DNA from: the human T2T-CHM13v2.0 reference genome, Homo sapiens
Assembly: GCF_009914755.1 (NCBI RefSeq)
Contig: NC_060925.1
DNA length: 64,000 nucleotides
Strand: one strand, 5' to 3'
Shown here: one piece after another, positions 27,670-42,588 of the stretch
How the letters are laid out: each line of letters opens with the position of its first letter
Numbering within the stretch: position 1 is the first letter of the stretch
The notes under the pieces: model-generated
Told to the model about the DNA's origin: nothing
Database searches by the model: none
What the model saw: the letters and a program-made list of their open reading frames with translations, nothing else
Position numbers and translations under genes: made by a program

Positions 27670-30017
27670 GAATGGAAATGAAAGGGGTCATCATCTAATG
27701 GAATCGCATGGAATCATCATCAAATGGAATCGAATGGAATCATCATCAAATGGAATCTAATGGAATCATTGAACAGAATTGAATGGAATCGTCATCGAAT
27801 GAATTGAATGCAATCATCGAATGGTCTCGAATGGAATCATCTTCTAATGGAAAGGAATGGAATCATCGCATAGAATCGAATGGAATTATCATCGAATGGA
27901 ATCGAATGGTATCAACACCAAACGGAAAAAAACGGAATTATCGAATGGAATCGAAGAGAATCTTCGAACGGACCCGAATGGAATCATCTAATGGAATGGA
28001 ATGGAATAATCCATGGACTCGAATGCAATCATCATCGAATGGAATCGAATGGAATCATCGAATGGACTCGAATGGAATAATCATTGAACGGAATCGCATG
28101 GAATCATCATCGGATGGAATCGAATGGAATCATCATCGAATGGAAATGAAAGGAGTCATCATCTAATGGAATTGCATGGAATCATCATAAAATGGAATCG
28201 AATGGAATCAACATCAAATGGAATCAAATGGATTCATTGAACGGAATTGAATGGAATCGTCATCGAATGAATTGAATGCAATCATCGAATGGTCTCGAAT
28301 GGAATCATCTTCAAATGGAATGAAATGGAATCATCGCATAGAATCGAATGGAATTATCATCGAATGGAATCGAATGGAATCAACATCAAACGGAAAAAAA
28401 CGGAATTATCGAATGGAATCGAAGAGAATCATCGAATGGACCCAAATGGAATCATCTAATGGAATGGCATGGAATAATCCATGGACACGAATGCAATCAT
28501 CATCGAATGGAATCGAATGGAATCATCGAATGGACTCGAATGGAATAATCATTGAACGGAATCGAATGGAATCATCATCGGATGGAAACGAATGGAATCA
28601 TCATCGAATGGAAATGAAAGGAGTCATCATCTCATGGAATTGCATGGAATCATCATCAAATGGAATCGAATGGAATCAACATCAAATGGAATCAAATGGA
28701 ATCATTGAACGGAATTGAATGGAATCGTCATCGAATGAATTGAATGCAATCATCGAATAGTCTCGAATGCAATCATCTTCAAATGGAATGGAATGGAATC
28801 ATCGCATAGAATCGAATGGAATTATCATCAAATGGAATCGAATGGTATCAACATAAAACGGAAAAAAACGGAATTATCGAATGGAATCGAAGAGAATCCT
28901 CGAACGGACCCGAATGGAATCATCTAATGGAATGGAATGGAATAATCCATGGAGTCGAATGCAATCATCATCGAATGGAATCGAATGGAATCATCGAATG
29001 GACTCGAATGGAATAATCATTGAACGGAATCGAATGGAATCATCTTCGGATGGAAACGAATGGAATCATCATGGAATGGAAATAGGAGGAATCATCATCT
29101 AATGGAATTGCATGGAATCATCATAAAATGGAATCGAATGGAATCAACATCAAATGGAATCAAATGTAATCCTTGAACGGAATTGAATGGAATCGTCATC
29201 GAATGAATTGAATGCAATCATCGAATGGTCTCGAATGGAATCATCTTCAAATGGAATGAAATGGAATCATCGCATAGAATCGAATGGAATTATCATCGAA
29301 TGGAATCGAAAGGAATCAACATCAAACGGAAAAAAACGGAATTATCGAATGGAATCGAAGAGAATCGTCGAACGGACCCGAATGGAATCATCTAATGGAA
29401 TGGAATGGAATAATCCATGGACTCGAATGCAATCATCATCGAATGGAATCGAATGGAATCATCGAATGGACTCGAATGGAATAATCATTGAACGGAATCG
29501 AATGGAATCATCATCAGATGGAAACGAATGGAATCATCATCGAATGGAAATGAAAGGAGTCATCATCTAATGGAATTGCATGGAATCATCATAAAATGGA
29601 ATCGAATGGAATCAACATCAAATGGAATCAAATGGAATCATTGAACGGAATTGAATGGAATCGTCATCGAATGAATTGACTGCAATCATCGAATGGTCTC
29701 GAATGGAATCATCTTCAAATGGAATGGAATGGAATCATCGCATAGAATCGAATGGAATTATCATCGAATGGAATCGAATGGAATCAACATCAAACGGAAA
29801 AAAACGGAATTATCGTATGGAATCGAAGAGAATCATCGAATGGACCCGAATGGAATCATCTAATGGAATGGAATGGAATAATCCATGGACTCGAATGCAA
29901 TCATCATCGCATGGAATCGAATGGAATCATCGAATGGACTCGAATGGAATAATCATTGAACGGAATCGAATGGAATCATCATCGGATGGAAATGAATGGA
30001 ATCATCATCGAATGGAA
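27670..30017 (+). repeat. Five tandem copies of the 468-bp module (3180-bp unit)
   Basis: Module pseudo-ORF positions are 27783, 28251, 28719, 29187 and 29655, each +468. Anchor spacing 26979->30159 = 3180 = 1776 + 3x468. Confidence 0.92.
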
Positions 30018-30158
30018 TCGAATAGAATTATGGAATGAAATCCAGTGTGATCATCATCGAATGGACCCGAATGGAATCATCATCCAACGGAAGCTAATGG
30101 AATCAACATCGAATGAATCGAATGGAAACACCATCGAATTGAAACGAATGGAATTATC

Positions 30159-33100
30159 ATGAAATTGAAATGGATGGACTCATCATCGAATGGATTTGAA
30201 TGGAATCATCGAATAAAATTGATTGAAATCATCATCCAATGGAATCGAATGGTATCATTGAATGGAATCGAATGGAATCATCATCAGATGGAAATGAATG
30301 GAATCGTCATAGAATGGAATCGAATGGATTCATTGAATGGAATCAGATGGAATCATCGAATGGACTGGAATGGAATCATTGAATGGACTCGAAAGGGATC
30401 ATTATTGAATGGAATTGAATGGAATCATCGAATGGTCTCGATTGGAATCATTATCAAATGGAATCGAATGGAATCACCGAATAGAATGGAATGGAACAAT
30501 CATCGAATGGACTCAAATGGAATTATCCTCCAATGGAATCGAATGGAATTATCGAATGCAATCGAATGGAATTATCGAATGCAATCGAATAGAATCATCG
30601 GATGGACTCGAATGGAATCATCGCATGGAATGGAATGGAACAGTCAATGAACTCGAATGGAATCATCATTGAATGGAATCGAATGGAATCATCGAGTGGA
30701 ATCGAATGGAATTATGATCAAATGGAATCGAATGTAATCATCATCAAATGGAATCAAAAATAACCATCATCAATTGGTATTGAATGGAATTGTCATCAAA
30801 TGGAATTCAAAGGAATCATCATCAAATGGAACCGAATGGAATCCTCATTGAATGGAAATGAAAGGGGTCATCATCTAATGGAATCGCATGGAATCATCAT
30901 CAAATGGAATCGAATGGAATCATCATCAAATGGAATCTAATGGAATCATTGAACAGAATTGAATGGAATCGTCATCGAATGAATTGAATGCAATCATCGA
31001 ATGGTCTCGAATGGAATCATCTTCTAATGGAAAGGAATGGAATCATCGCATAGAATCGAATGGAATTATCATCGAATGGAATCGAATGGTATCAACACCA
31101 AACGGAAAAAAACGGAATTATCGAATGGAATCGAAGAGAATCTTCGAACGGACCCGAATGGAATCATCTAATGGAATGGAACGGAATAATCCATGGACTC
31201 GAATGCAATCATCATCGAATGGAATCGAATGGAATCATCGAATGGACTCGAATGGAATAATCATTGAACGGAATCGAATGGAATCATCATCGGATGGAAA
31301 CGAATGGAATCATCATCGAATGGAAATGAAAGGATTCATCATCTAATGGAATTGCATGGAATCATCATAAAATGGAATCGAATGGAATCAACATCAAATG
31401 GAATCAAATGGAATAATTGAACGGAATTGAATGGAATCGTCATCGAATGAATTGAATGCAATCATCGAATGATCTAGAATGGAATCATCTTCAAATGGAA
31501 TGGAATGGAATCATCGCATAGAATCGAATGGAAGTATCATCGAATGGAATCGAATGGAATCAACATCAAACGGAAAAAAACGGAATTATCGAATGGAATC
31601 GAAGAGAATCATCGAATGGACCCGAATGGAATCATCTAATGGAATGGAATGGAATAATCCATGGACTCGAATGCAATCATCATCGAATGGAATCGAATGG
31701 AATCATCGAATGGACTCGAATGGAATAATCATTGAACGGAATCGAATGGAATCATCATCGGATGGAAATGAATGGAATCATCATCGAATGGAATCGAATA
31801 GAATTATGGAATGAAATCCAGTGTGATCATCATCGAATGGACCCGAATGGAATCATCATCCAACGGAAGCTAATGGAATCAACATCGAATGAATCGAATG
31901 GAAACACCATCGAATTGAAACGAATGGAATTATCATGAAATTGAAATGGATGGACTCATCATCGAATGGATTCGAATGGAATCATCGAATAAAATTGATT
32001 GAAATCATCATCGAATGGAATCGAATGGTATCATTGAATGGAATCGAATGGAATCATCATCAGATGGAAATGAATGGAATCGTCATAGAATGGAATCGAA
32101 TGGATTCATTGAATGGAATCAGATGGAATCATCGAATGGACTGGAATGGAATCATTGAATGGACTCGAAAGGGATCATTATTGAATGGAATTGAATGGAA
32201 TCATAGAATGGTCTCGATTGGAATCATTATCAAATGGAATCGAATGGAATCACCGAATAGAATCGAATGCAACAATCATCGAATGGACTCAAATGGAATT
32301 ATCCTCAAATGGAATCGAATGGAATTATCGAATGCAATCGAATGGAATTATCGAATGCAATCGAATAGAATCATCGAATGGACTCGAATGGAATCTTCGA
32401 ATGGAATGGAATGGAACAGTCAATGAACTCGAATGGAATCATCATTGAATGGAATCGAATGGAATCATCGAGTGGAATCGAATGAAATTATGATCAAATG
32501 GAATCGAATGTAATCATCATCAAATGGAATCAAAAATAACCATCATCAATTGGTATTGAATGGAATTGTCATCAAATGGAATTCAAACGAATCATCATCA
32601 AATGGAACCGAATGGAATCCTCATTGAATGGAAATGAAAGGGGTCATCATCTAATGGAATCGCATGGAATCATCATCAAATGGAATCGAATGGAATCATC
32701 ATCAAATGGAATCTAATGGAATCATTGAAAAGAATTGAATGGAATCATCATCGAATGAATTGAATGCAATCATCGAATGGTCTCGAATGGAATCATCTTC
32801 TAATGGAAAGGAATGGAATCATCGCATAGAATCGAATGGAATTATCATCGAATGGAATCGAATGGTATCAACACCAAACGGAAAAAAACGGAATTATCGA
32901 ATGGAATCGAAGAGAATCTTCGAACGGACCCGAATGGAATCATCTAATGGAATGGAATGGAATAATCCATGAACTCGAATGCAATCATCATCGAATGGAA
33001 TCGAATGGAATCATCGAATGGACTCGAATGGAATAATCATTGAACGGAATCGAATGGAATCATCATCGGATGGAAAGGAATGGAATCATCATCGAATGGA

Positions 33101-36100
33101 AATGAAAGGAGTCATCATCTAATGGAATTGCATGGAATCATCATAAAATGGAATCGAATGGAATCAACATCAAATGGAATCAAATGGAATCATTGAACGG
33201 AATTGCATGGAATCGTCATCGAACGAATTGACTGCAATCATCCAATGGTCTCGAATGGAATCATCTTCAAATGGAATGGAATGGAATCATCGCATAGAAT
33301 CGAATGGAATTATCATCGAATGGAATCGAATGGAATCAACATCAAACGGAAAAAAACGGAATTATCGAATGGAATCGAAGAGAATCTTCGAACGGACCCG
33401 AATGGAATCATCTAATGGAATGGAACGGAATAATCCATGGACTCGAATGCAATCATCATCGAATGGAATCGAATGGAATCATCGAATGGACTCGAATGGA
33501 ATAATCATTGAACGGAATCGAATGGAATCATCATCGGATGGAAATGAATGGAATCATCATCGAATGGAATCGAATAGAATTATGGAATGAAATCCAGTGT
33601 GATCATCATCGAATGGACCCGAATGGAATCATCATCCAACGGAAGCTAATGGAATCAACATCGAATGAATCAAATGGAAACACCATCGAATTGAAACGAA
33701 TGGAATTATCATGAAATTGAAATGGATGGACTCATCATCGAATGGATTAATGGAATCATCGAATAAAATTGATTGAAATCATCATCGAATGGAATCGAAT
33801 GGTATCATTGAATGGAATCGAATGGAATCATCATCAGATGGAAATGAATGGAATCGTCATAGAATGGAATCGAATGGATTCATTGAATGGAATCAGATGG
33901 AATCATCGAATGGACTGGAATGGAATCATTGAATGGACTCGAAAGGGATCATTATTGAATGGAATTGAATGGAATCATCGAATGGTCTCGATTGGAATCA
34001 TTATCAAATGGAATCGAATGGAATCACCGAATAGAATCGAATGGAACAATCATCGAATGGACTCAAATGGAATTATCCTCCAATGGAATGGAATGGAATT
34101 ATCGAATGCAATCGAATGGAATTATCGAATGCAATCGAATAGAATGATCGAATGGACTCGAATGGAATCATCGAATGGAATGGAATGGAACAGTCAATGA
34201 ACTCGAATGGAATCATCATTGAATGGAATCGAATGGAATCATCGAGTGGAATCGAATGGAATTATGATCAAATGGAATCGAATGTAATCATCATCAAATG
34301 GAATCAAAAATAACCATCATCAATTGGTATTGAATGGAATTGTCATCAAATGGAATTCAAAGGAATCATCATCAAATGGAACCGAATGGAATCCTCATTG
34401 AATGGAAATGAAAGGGGTCATCATCTAATGGAATCGCATGGAATCATCATCAAATGGAATCGAATGGAATCATCATCAAATGGAATCTAATGGAATCATT
34501 GAACAGAATTGAATGGAATCGTCATCGAATGAATTGAATGCAATCATCGAATGGTCTCGAATGGAATCATCTTCTAATGGAAAGGAATGGAATCATCGCA
34601 TAGAATCGAATGGAATTATCATCGAATGGAATCGAATGGTATCAACAACAAACGGAAAAAAACGGAATTATCAAATGGAATCGAAGAGAATCATCGAATG
34701 GACTCGAATGGAATCATCTAATGGAATGGAATGGAATAATCCACGGACTCGAATGCAATCATCATAGTATAGAATCGAATGGAATCATCGAATGGACTCG
34801 AATGGAATAACCATTGAACGGAATCGAATGGAATCATCATCGGATGGAAACGAATGGAATCATCATCGAATGGAAATGAAAGGAGTCATCATCTAATGGA
34901 ATTGCATGGAATCATCATAAAATGGAATCGAATGGAATCAACATCAAATGGAATCAAATGGAATCATTGAACGGAATTGAATGGAATCATCATCGAATGA
35001 ATTGACTGCAATCACCCAATGGTCTCGAATGGAATCATCTTCAAATGGAATGGAATGGAATCATCGCATAGAATCGAATGGAATTATCATCGAATGGAAT
35101 CGAATGGAATCAACATCAAACGGAAAAAAACGGAATTATCGAATGGAATCGAAGAGAATCATCGAATGGACCCGAATGGAATCATCTAATGGAATGGAAT
35201 GGAATAATCCATGGACTCGAATGCAATCATCATCGAATGGAATCGAATGGAATCATCGAATGGACTCGAATGGAATAATCATTGAACGGAATCGAATGGA
35301 ATCATCATCGGATGGAAATGAATGGAATCATCATCGAATGGAATCGAATAGAATTATGGAATGAAATCCAGTGTGATCATCATCGAATGGACCCGAATGG
35401 AATCATCATCCAACGGAAGCTAATGGAATCAACATCGAATGAATCAAATGGAAACACCATCGAATTGAAACGAATGGAATTATCATGAAATTGAAATGGA
35501 TGGTCTCATCATCGAATGGATTCGAATGGAATCATCGAATAAAATTGATTGAAATCATCATCGAATGGAATCGAATGGTATCATTGAATGGAATCGAATG
35601 GAATCATCATCAGATGGAAATGAATGGAATCGTCATAGAATGGAATCGAATGGATTCATTGAATGGAATCAGATGGAATCATCGAATGGACTGGAATGGA
35701 ATCATTGAATGGACTCGAAAGGGATCATGATTGAATGGAATTGAATGGAATCATCGAATGGTCTCGATTGGAATCATTATCAAATGGAATCGAATGGAAT
35801 CACCGAATAGAATCGAATGGAACAATCATCGAATGGACTCAAATGGAATTATCCTCCAATGGAATGGAATGGAATTATCGAATGCAATCGAATGGAATTA
35901 TCGAATGCAATCGAATAGAATCATCGAATGGACTCGAATGGAATCATCGAATGGAATGGAATGGAACAGTCAATGAACTCGAATGGAATCATCATTGAAT
36001 GGAATCGAATGGAATCATCGAGTGGAATCGAATGGAATTATGATCAAATGGAATCGAATGTAATCATCATCAAATGGAATCAAAAATAACCATCATCAAT

Positions 36101-39100
36101 TGGTATTGAATGGAATTGTCATCAAATGGAATTCAAAGGAATCATCATCAAATGGAACCGAATGGAATCCTCATTGAATGGAAATGAAAGGGGTCATCAT
36201 CTAATGGAATCGCATGGAATCATCATCAAATGGAATCGAATGGAATCATCATCAAATTTAATCTAATGGAATCATTGAACAGAATTGAATGGAATCGTCA
36301 TCGAATGAATTGAATGCAATCATCGAATGGTCTCGAATGGATTCATCTTCTAATGGAAAGGAATGGAATCATCGCATAGAATCGAATGGAATTATCATCG
36401 AATGGAATCGAATGGTATCAACACCAAACGGAAAAAAACGGAATTATCGAATGGAATCGAAGAGAATCTTCGAACGGACCCGAATGGAATCATCTAATGG
36501 AATGGAATGGAATAATCCATGGACTCGAATGCAATCATCATCGAATGGAATCGAATGGAATCATCGAATGGACTCGAATGGAATAATCATTGAACGGAAT
36601 CGATTGGAATCATCATCGGATGGAAACGAATGGAATCATCATCGAATGGAAATGAAAGGAGTCATCATCTAATGGAATTGCATGGAATCATCATAAAATG
36701 GAATCGAATGGAATCAACATCAAATGGAATCAAATGGAATCATTGAACGGAATTGAATGGAATCGTCATCGAATGAATTGACTGCAATCATCCAATGGTC
36801 TCGAATGGAATCATCTTCAAATGGAATGGAATGGAATCATCGCATAGAATCGAATGGAATTATCATCGAATGGAATCGAATGGAATCAACATCCAACGGA
36901 AAAAAACGGAATTATCGAATGGAATCGAAGAGAATCATCGAATGGACCCGAATGGAATCATGTAATGGAATGGAATGGAATAATCCATGGACTCGAATGC
37001 AATCATCATCGAATGGAATCGAATGGAATCATCGAATGGACTCGAATGGAATAATCATTGAACGGAATCGAATGGAATCATCATCGGATGGAAATGAATG
37101 GAATCATCATCGAATGGAATCGAATAGAATTATGGAATGAAATCCAGTGTGATCATCATCGAATGGACCCGAATGGAATCATCATCCAACGGAAGCTAAT
37201 GGAATCAACATCGAATGAATCAAATGGAAACACCATCGAATTGAAACGAATGGAATTATCATGAAATTGAAATGGATGGACTCATCATCGAATGGATTCG
37301 AATGGAATCATCGAATAAAATTGATTGAAATCATCATCGAATGGAATCGAATGGTATCATTGAATGGAATCGAATGGAATCATCATCAGATGGAAATGAA
37401 TGGAATCGTCATAGAATGGAATCGAATGGATTCATTGAATGGAATCAGATGGAATCATCGAATGGACTGGAATGGAATCATTGAATGGACTCGAAAGGGA
37501 TCATGATTGAATGGAATTGAATGGAATCATCGAATGGTCTCGATTGGAATCATTATCAAATGGAATCGAATGGAATCACCGAATAGAATCGAATGGAACA
37601 ATCATCGAATGGACTCAAATGGAATTATCCTCAAATGGAATCGAATGGAATTATCGAATGCAATCGAATGGAATTATCGAATGCAATCGAATAGAATCAT
37701 CGAATGGACTCGAATGGAATCATCGAATGGAATGGAATGGAACAGTCAATGAACTCGAATGGAATCATCATTGAATGGAATCGAATGGAATCATCGAGTG
37801 GAATCGAATGGAATTATGATCAAATGGAATCGAATGTAATCATCATCAAATGGAATCAAAAATAACCATCATCAATTGGTATTGAATGGAATTGTCATCA
37901 AATGGAATTCAAAGGAATCATCATCAAATGGAACCGAATGGAATCCTCATTGAATGGAAATGAAAGGGGTCATCATCTCATGGAATCGCATGGAATCATC
38001 ATAAAATGGAATCGAATGGAATCAACATCAAATGGAATCAAATGGAATCATTGAACGGAATTGAATGGAATCGTCATCGAATGAATTGGATGCAATCATC
38101 GAATGGTCTCGAATGGAATCTTCTTCAAATGGAATGGAATGGAATCATCGCATAGAATCGAATGGAATTATCATCGAATGGAATCGAATGGAATCAACAT
38201 CAAACGGAAAAAAACGGAATTATCGAATGGAACCGAAGAGAATCATCGAATGGACCCGAATGGAATCATCTAATAGAATGGAATGGAATAATCCATGGAC
38301 TCGAATGCAATCATCATCGAATGGAATCGAATGGAATCATCGAATGGACTCGAATGGAATAATCATTGAACGGAATCGATTGGAATCATCATCGGATGGA
38401 AACGAATGGAATCATCATCGAATGGAAATGAAAGGAGTCATCATCTAATGGAATTGCATGGAATCATCATAAAATGGAATCGAATGGAATCAACATCAAA
38501 TGGAATCAAATGGAATCATTGAACGGAATTGAATGGAATCGTCATCGAATGAATTGACTGCAATCATCCAATGGTCTCGAATGGAATCATCTTCAAATGC
38601 AATGGAATGGAATCATCGCATAGAAGCGAATGGAATTATCATCGAATGGAATCGAATGGAATCAACATCCAACGGAAAAAAACGGAATTATCGAATGGAA
38701 TCGAAGAGAATCATCGAATGGACCCGAATGGAATCATCTAATGGAATGGAATGGAATAATCCATGGACTCGAATGCAATCATCATCGAATGGAATCGAAT
38801 GGAATCATCGAATGGACTCGAATGGAATAATCATTGAACGGAATCGAATGGAATCATCATCGGATGGAAATGAATGGAATCATCATCGAATGGAATCGAA
38901 TAGAATTATGGAATGAAATCCAGTGTGATCATCATCGAATGGACCCGAATGGAATCATCATCCAACGGAAGCTAATGGAATCAACATCGAATGAATCAAA
39001 TGGAAACACCATCGAATTGAAACGGATGGAATTATCATGAAATTGAAATGGATGGACTCATCATCGAATGGATTCGAAAGGAATCATCGAATAAAATTGA

Positions 39101-42100
39101 TTGAAATCATCATCGAATGGAATCGAATGGTATCATTGAATGGAATCGAATGGAATCATCATCAGATGGAAATGAATGGAATCGTCATAGAATGGAATCG
39201 AATGGATTCATTGAATGGAATCAGATGGAATCATCGAATGGACTGGAATGGAATCATTGAATGGACTCGAAAGGGATCATGATTGAATGGAATTGAATGG
39301 AATCATCGAATGGTCTCGATTGGAATCATTATCAAATGGAATCGAATGGAATCACCGAATAGAATCGAATGGAACAATCATCGAATGGACTCAAATGGAA
39401 TTATCCTCCAATGGAATCGAATGGAATTATCGAATGCAATCGAATGGAATTATCGAATGCAATCGAATAGAATCATCGAATGGACTCGAATGGAATCATC
39501 GAATGGAATGGAATGGAACAGTCAATGAACTCGAATGGAATCATCATTGAATGGAATCGAATGGAATCATCGAGTGGAATCGAATGGAATTATGATCAAA
39601 TGGAATCGAATGTAATCATCATCAAATGGAATCAAAAATAACCATCATCAATTGGTATTGAATGGAATTGTCATCAAATGGAATTCAAAGGAATCAATAT
39701 CAAATGGAACCGAATGGAATCCTCATTGAATGGAAATGAAAGGGGTCATCATCTAATGGAATCGCATGGAATCATCATCAAATGGAATCGAATGGAATCA
39801 TCATCAAATGGAATCTAATGGAATCATTGAACAGAATTGAATGGAATCGTCATCGAATGAATTGAATGCAATCATCGAATGGTCTCGAATGGAATCATCT
39901 TCTAATGGAAAGGAATGGAATCATCGCATAGAATCGAATGGAATTATCATCGAATGGAATCGAATGGTATCAACACCAAACGGAAAAAAACGGAATTATC
40001 GAATGGAATCGAAGAGAATCTTCGAACGGACCCGAATGGAATCATCTAATGGAATGGAATGGAATAATCCATGGACTCGAATGCAATCATCATCGAATGG
40101 AATCGAATGGAATCATCGAATGGACTCGAATGGAATAATCATTGAACGGAATCGAATGGAATCATCATCGGATGGAAACGAATGGAATCATCATCGAATG
40201 GAAATGAAAGGAGTCATCATCTAATGCAATTGCATGGAATCATCATCAAATGGAATCGAATGGAATCAACATCAAATGGAATCTAATGGAATCATTGAAC
40301 AGAATTGAATGGAATCGTCATCGAATGAATTGACTGCAATCATCGAATGGTCTCGAATGGAATCATCTTCAAATGGAATGGAATGGAATCATCGCATAGA
40401 ATCGAATGGAATTATCATCGAATGGAATCGAATGGAATCAACATCAAACGGAAAAAAACGGAATTATCGAATGGAATCGAAGAGAATCATCGAATGGACC
40501 CGAATGGAATCATCTAATGGAATGGAATGGAATAATCCATGGACTCGAATGCAATCATCATCGAATGGAATCGAATGGAATCATCGAATGGACTCGAATG
40601 GAATAATCATTGAACGGAATCGAATGGAATCATCATCGGATGGAAATGAATGGAATCATCATCGAATGGAATCGAATAGAATTATGGAATGAAATCCAGT
40701 GTGATCATCATCGAATGGACCCGAATGGAATCATCATCCAACGGAAGCTAATGGAATCAACATCGAATGAATCGAATGGAAACACCATCGAATTGAAACG
40801 AATGGAATTATCATGAAATTGAAATAGATGGACTCATCATCGAATGGATTCGAATGGAATCATCGAATAAAATTGATTGAAATCATCATCGAATGGAATC
40901 GAATGGTATCATTGAATGGAATCGAATGGAATCATCATCAGATGGAAATGAATGGAATCGTCATAGAATGGAATCGAATGGATTCATTGAATGGAATCAG
41001 ATGGAATCATCGAATGGACTGGAATGGAATCATTGAATGGACTCGAAAGGGATCATGATTGAATGGAATTGAATGGAATCATCGAATGGTCTAGATTGGA
41101 ATCATTATCAAATGGAATCGAATGGAATCACCGAATAGAATCGAATGGAACAATCATCGAATGGACTCAAATGGAATTATCCTCAAATGGAATCGAATGG
41201 AATTATCGAATGCAATCGAATGGAATTTTCGAATGCAATCGAATAGAATCATCGAATGGACTCGAATGGAATCATCGAATGGAATGGAATGGAACAGTCA
41301 ATGAACACGAATGGAATCATCATTGAATGGAATCGAATGGAATCATCGAGTGGAATCGAATTGAATTATGATCAAATGGAATCGAATGTAATCATCATTA
41401 AATGGAATCAAAAATAACCATCATCAATTGCTATTGAATGGAATTGTCATCAAATGGAATTCAAAGGAATCATCATCAAATGGAAACGAATGGAATCCTC
41501 ATTGAATGGAAATGAAAGGGGTCATCATCTAATGGAATCGCATGGAATCATCATCAAATGGAATCAAATGGAATCATCATCAAATGGAATCTAATGGAAT
41601 CATTGAACAGAATTGAATGGAATCGTGATCAAATGAATTGAATGCAATCATGGAATGGTCTCGAATGGAATCATCTTCTAATGGAAAGGAATGGAATCAT
41701 CGCATAGAATCGAATGGAATTATCATCGAATGGAATCGAATGGTATCAACACCAAACGGAAAAAAACGGAATTATCGAATGGAATCGAAGAGAATCTTCG
41801 AACGGACCCGAATGGAATCATCTAATGGAATGGAATGGAATAATCCATGGACTCGAATGCAATCATCATCGAATGGAATCGAATGGAATCATCGAATGGA
41901 CTCGAATGGAATAATCATTGAACGGAATCGAATGGAATCATCATCGGATGGAAACGAATGGAATCATCATCGAATGGAAATGAAAGGAGTCATCATCTAA
42001 TGCAATTGCATGGAATCATCATCAAATGGAATCGAATGGAATCAACATCAAATGGAATCTAATGGAATCATTGAACAGAATTGAATGGAATCGTCATCGA

Positions 42101-42588
42101 ATGAATTGACTGCAATCATCGAATGGTCTCGAATGGAATCATCTTCAAATGGAATGGAATGGAATCATCGCATAGAATCGAATGGAATTATCATCAAATG
42201 GAATCGAATGGAATCAACATCAAACGGAAAAAAACAGAATTATCGAATGGAATCGAAGAGAATCATCGCATGGACCCGAATGGAATCATCTAATGGAATG
42301 GAATGGAATAATCCATGGACTCGAATGCAATCATCATCGAATGGAATCGAATGGAATCATCGAGTGGACTCGAATGGAATAATCATTGAACGGAATCGAA
42401 TGGAATCATCATCGGATGGAAATGAATGGAATCATCATCGAATGGAATCGAATAGAATTATGGAATGAAATCCAGTGTGATCATCATCGAATGGACCCGA
42501 ATGGAATCATCATCCAACGGAAGCTAATGGAATCAACATCGAATGAATCAAATGGAAACACCATCGAATTGAAACGAATGGAATTATC
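30159..42588 (+). repeat. Run of seven canonical ~1776-bp units (1.77 kb repeat typical of chr1q12 D1Z1/pUC1.77, HSat2A2-like)
   Basis: The anchor recurs at 30159, 31935, 33711, 35485, 37261, 39037, 40813 and 42589 (1776 spacing; one 1774 from a 2-bp deletion near 33748). Single GAATTC sites at 36129, 37905 and 39681 are exactly 1776 apart. The 1q12 assignment rests on the known 1.77 kb EcoRI satellite fragment. Confidence 0.88.
39728..40671 (+). repeat. Internal tandem pair of 468-bp modules (a and b) within the 1776-bp unit (representative copy)
   Basis: Near-identical pseudo-ORFs start at 39841 and 40309 (+468). Consistent a/b differences: aaggggtc vs aaggagtc, gaatcgcatg vs aattgcatg, ttctaatggaaagg vs ttcaaatggaatgg, ggtatcaacacc vs ggaatcaacatc, atcttcgaacgg vs atcatcgaatgg. 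Confidence 0.93.
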
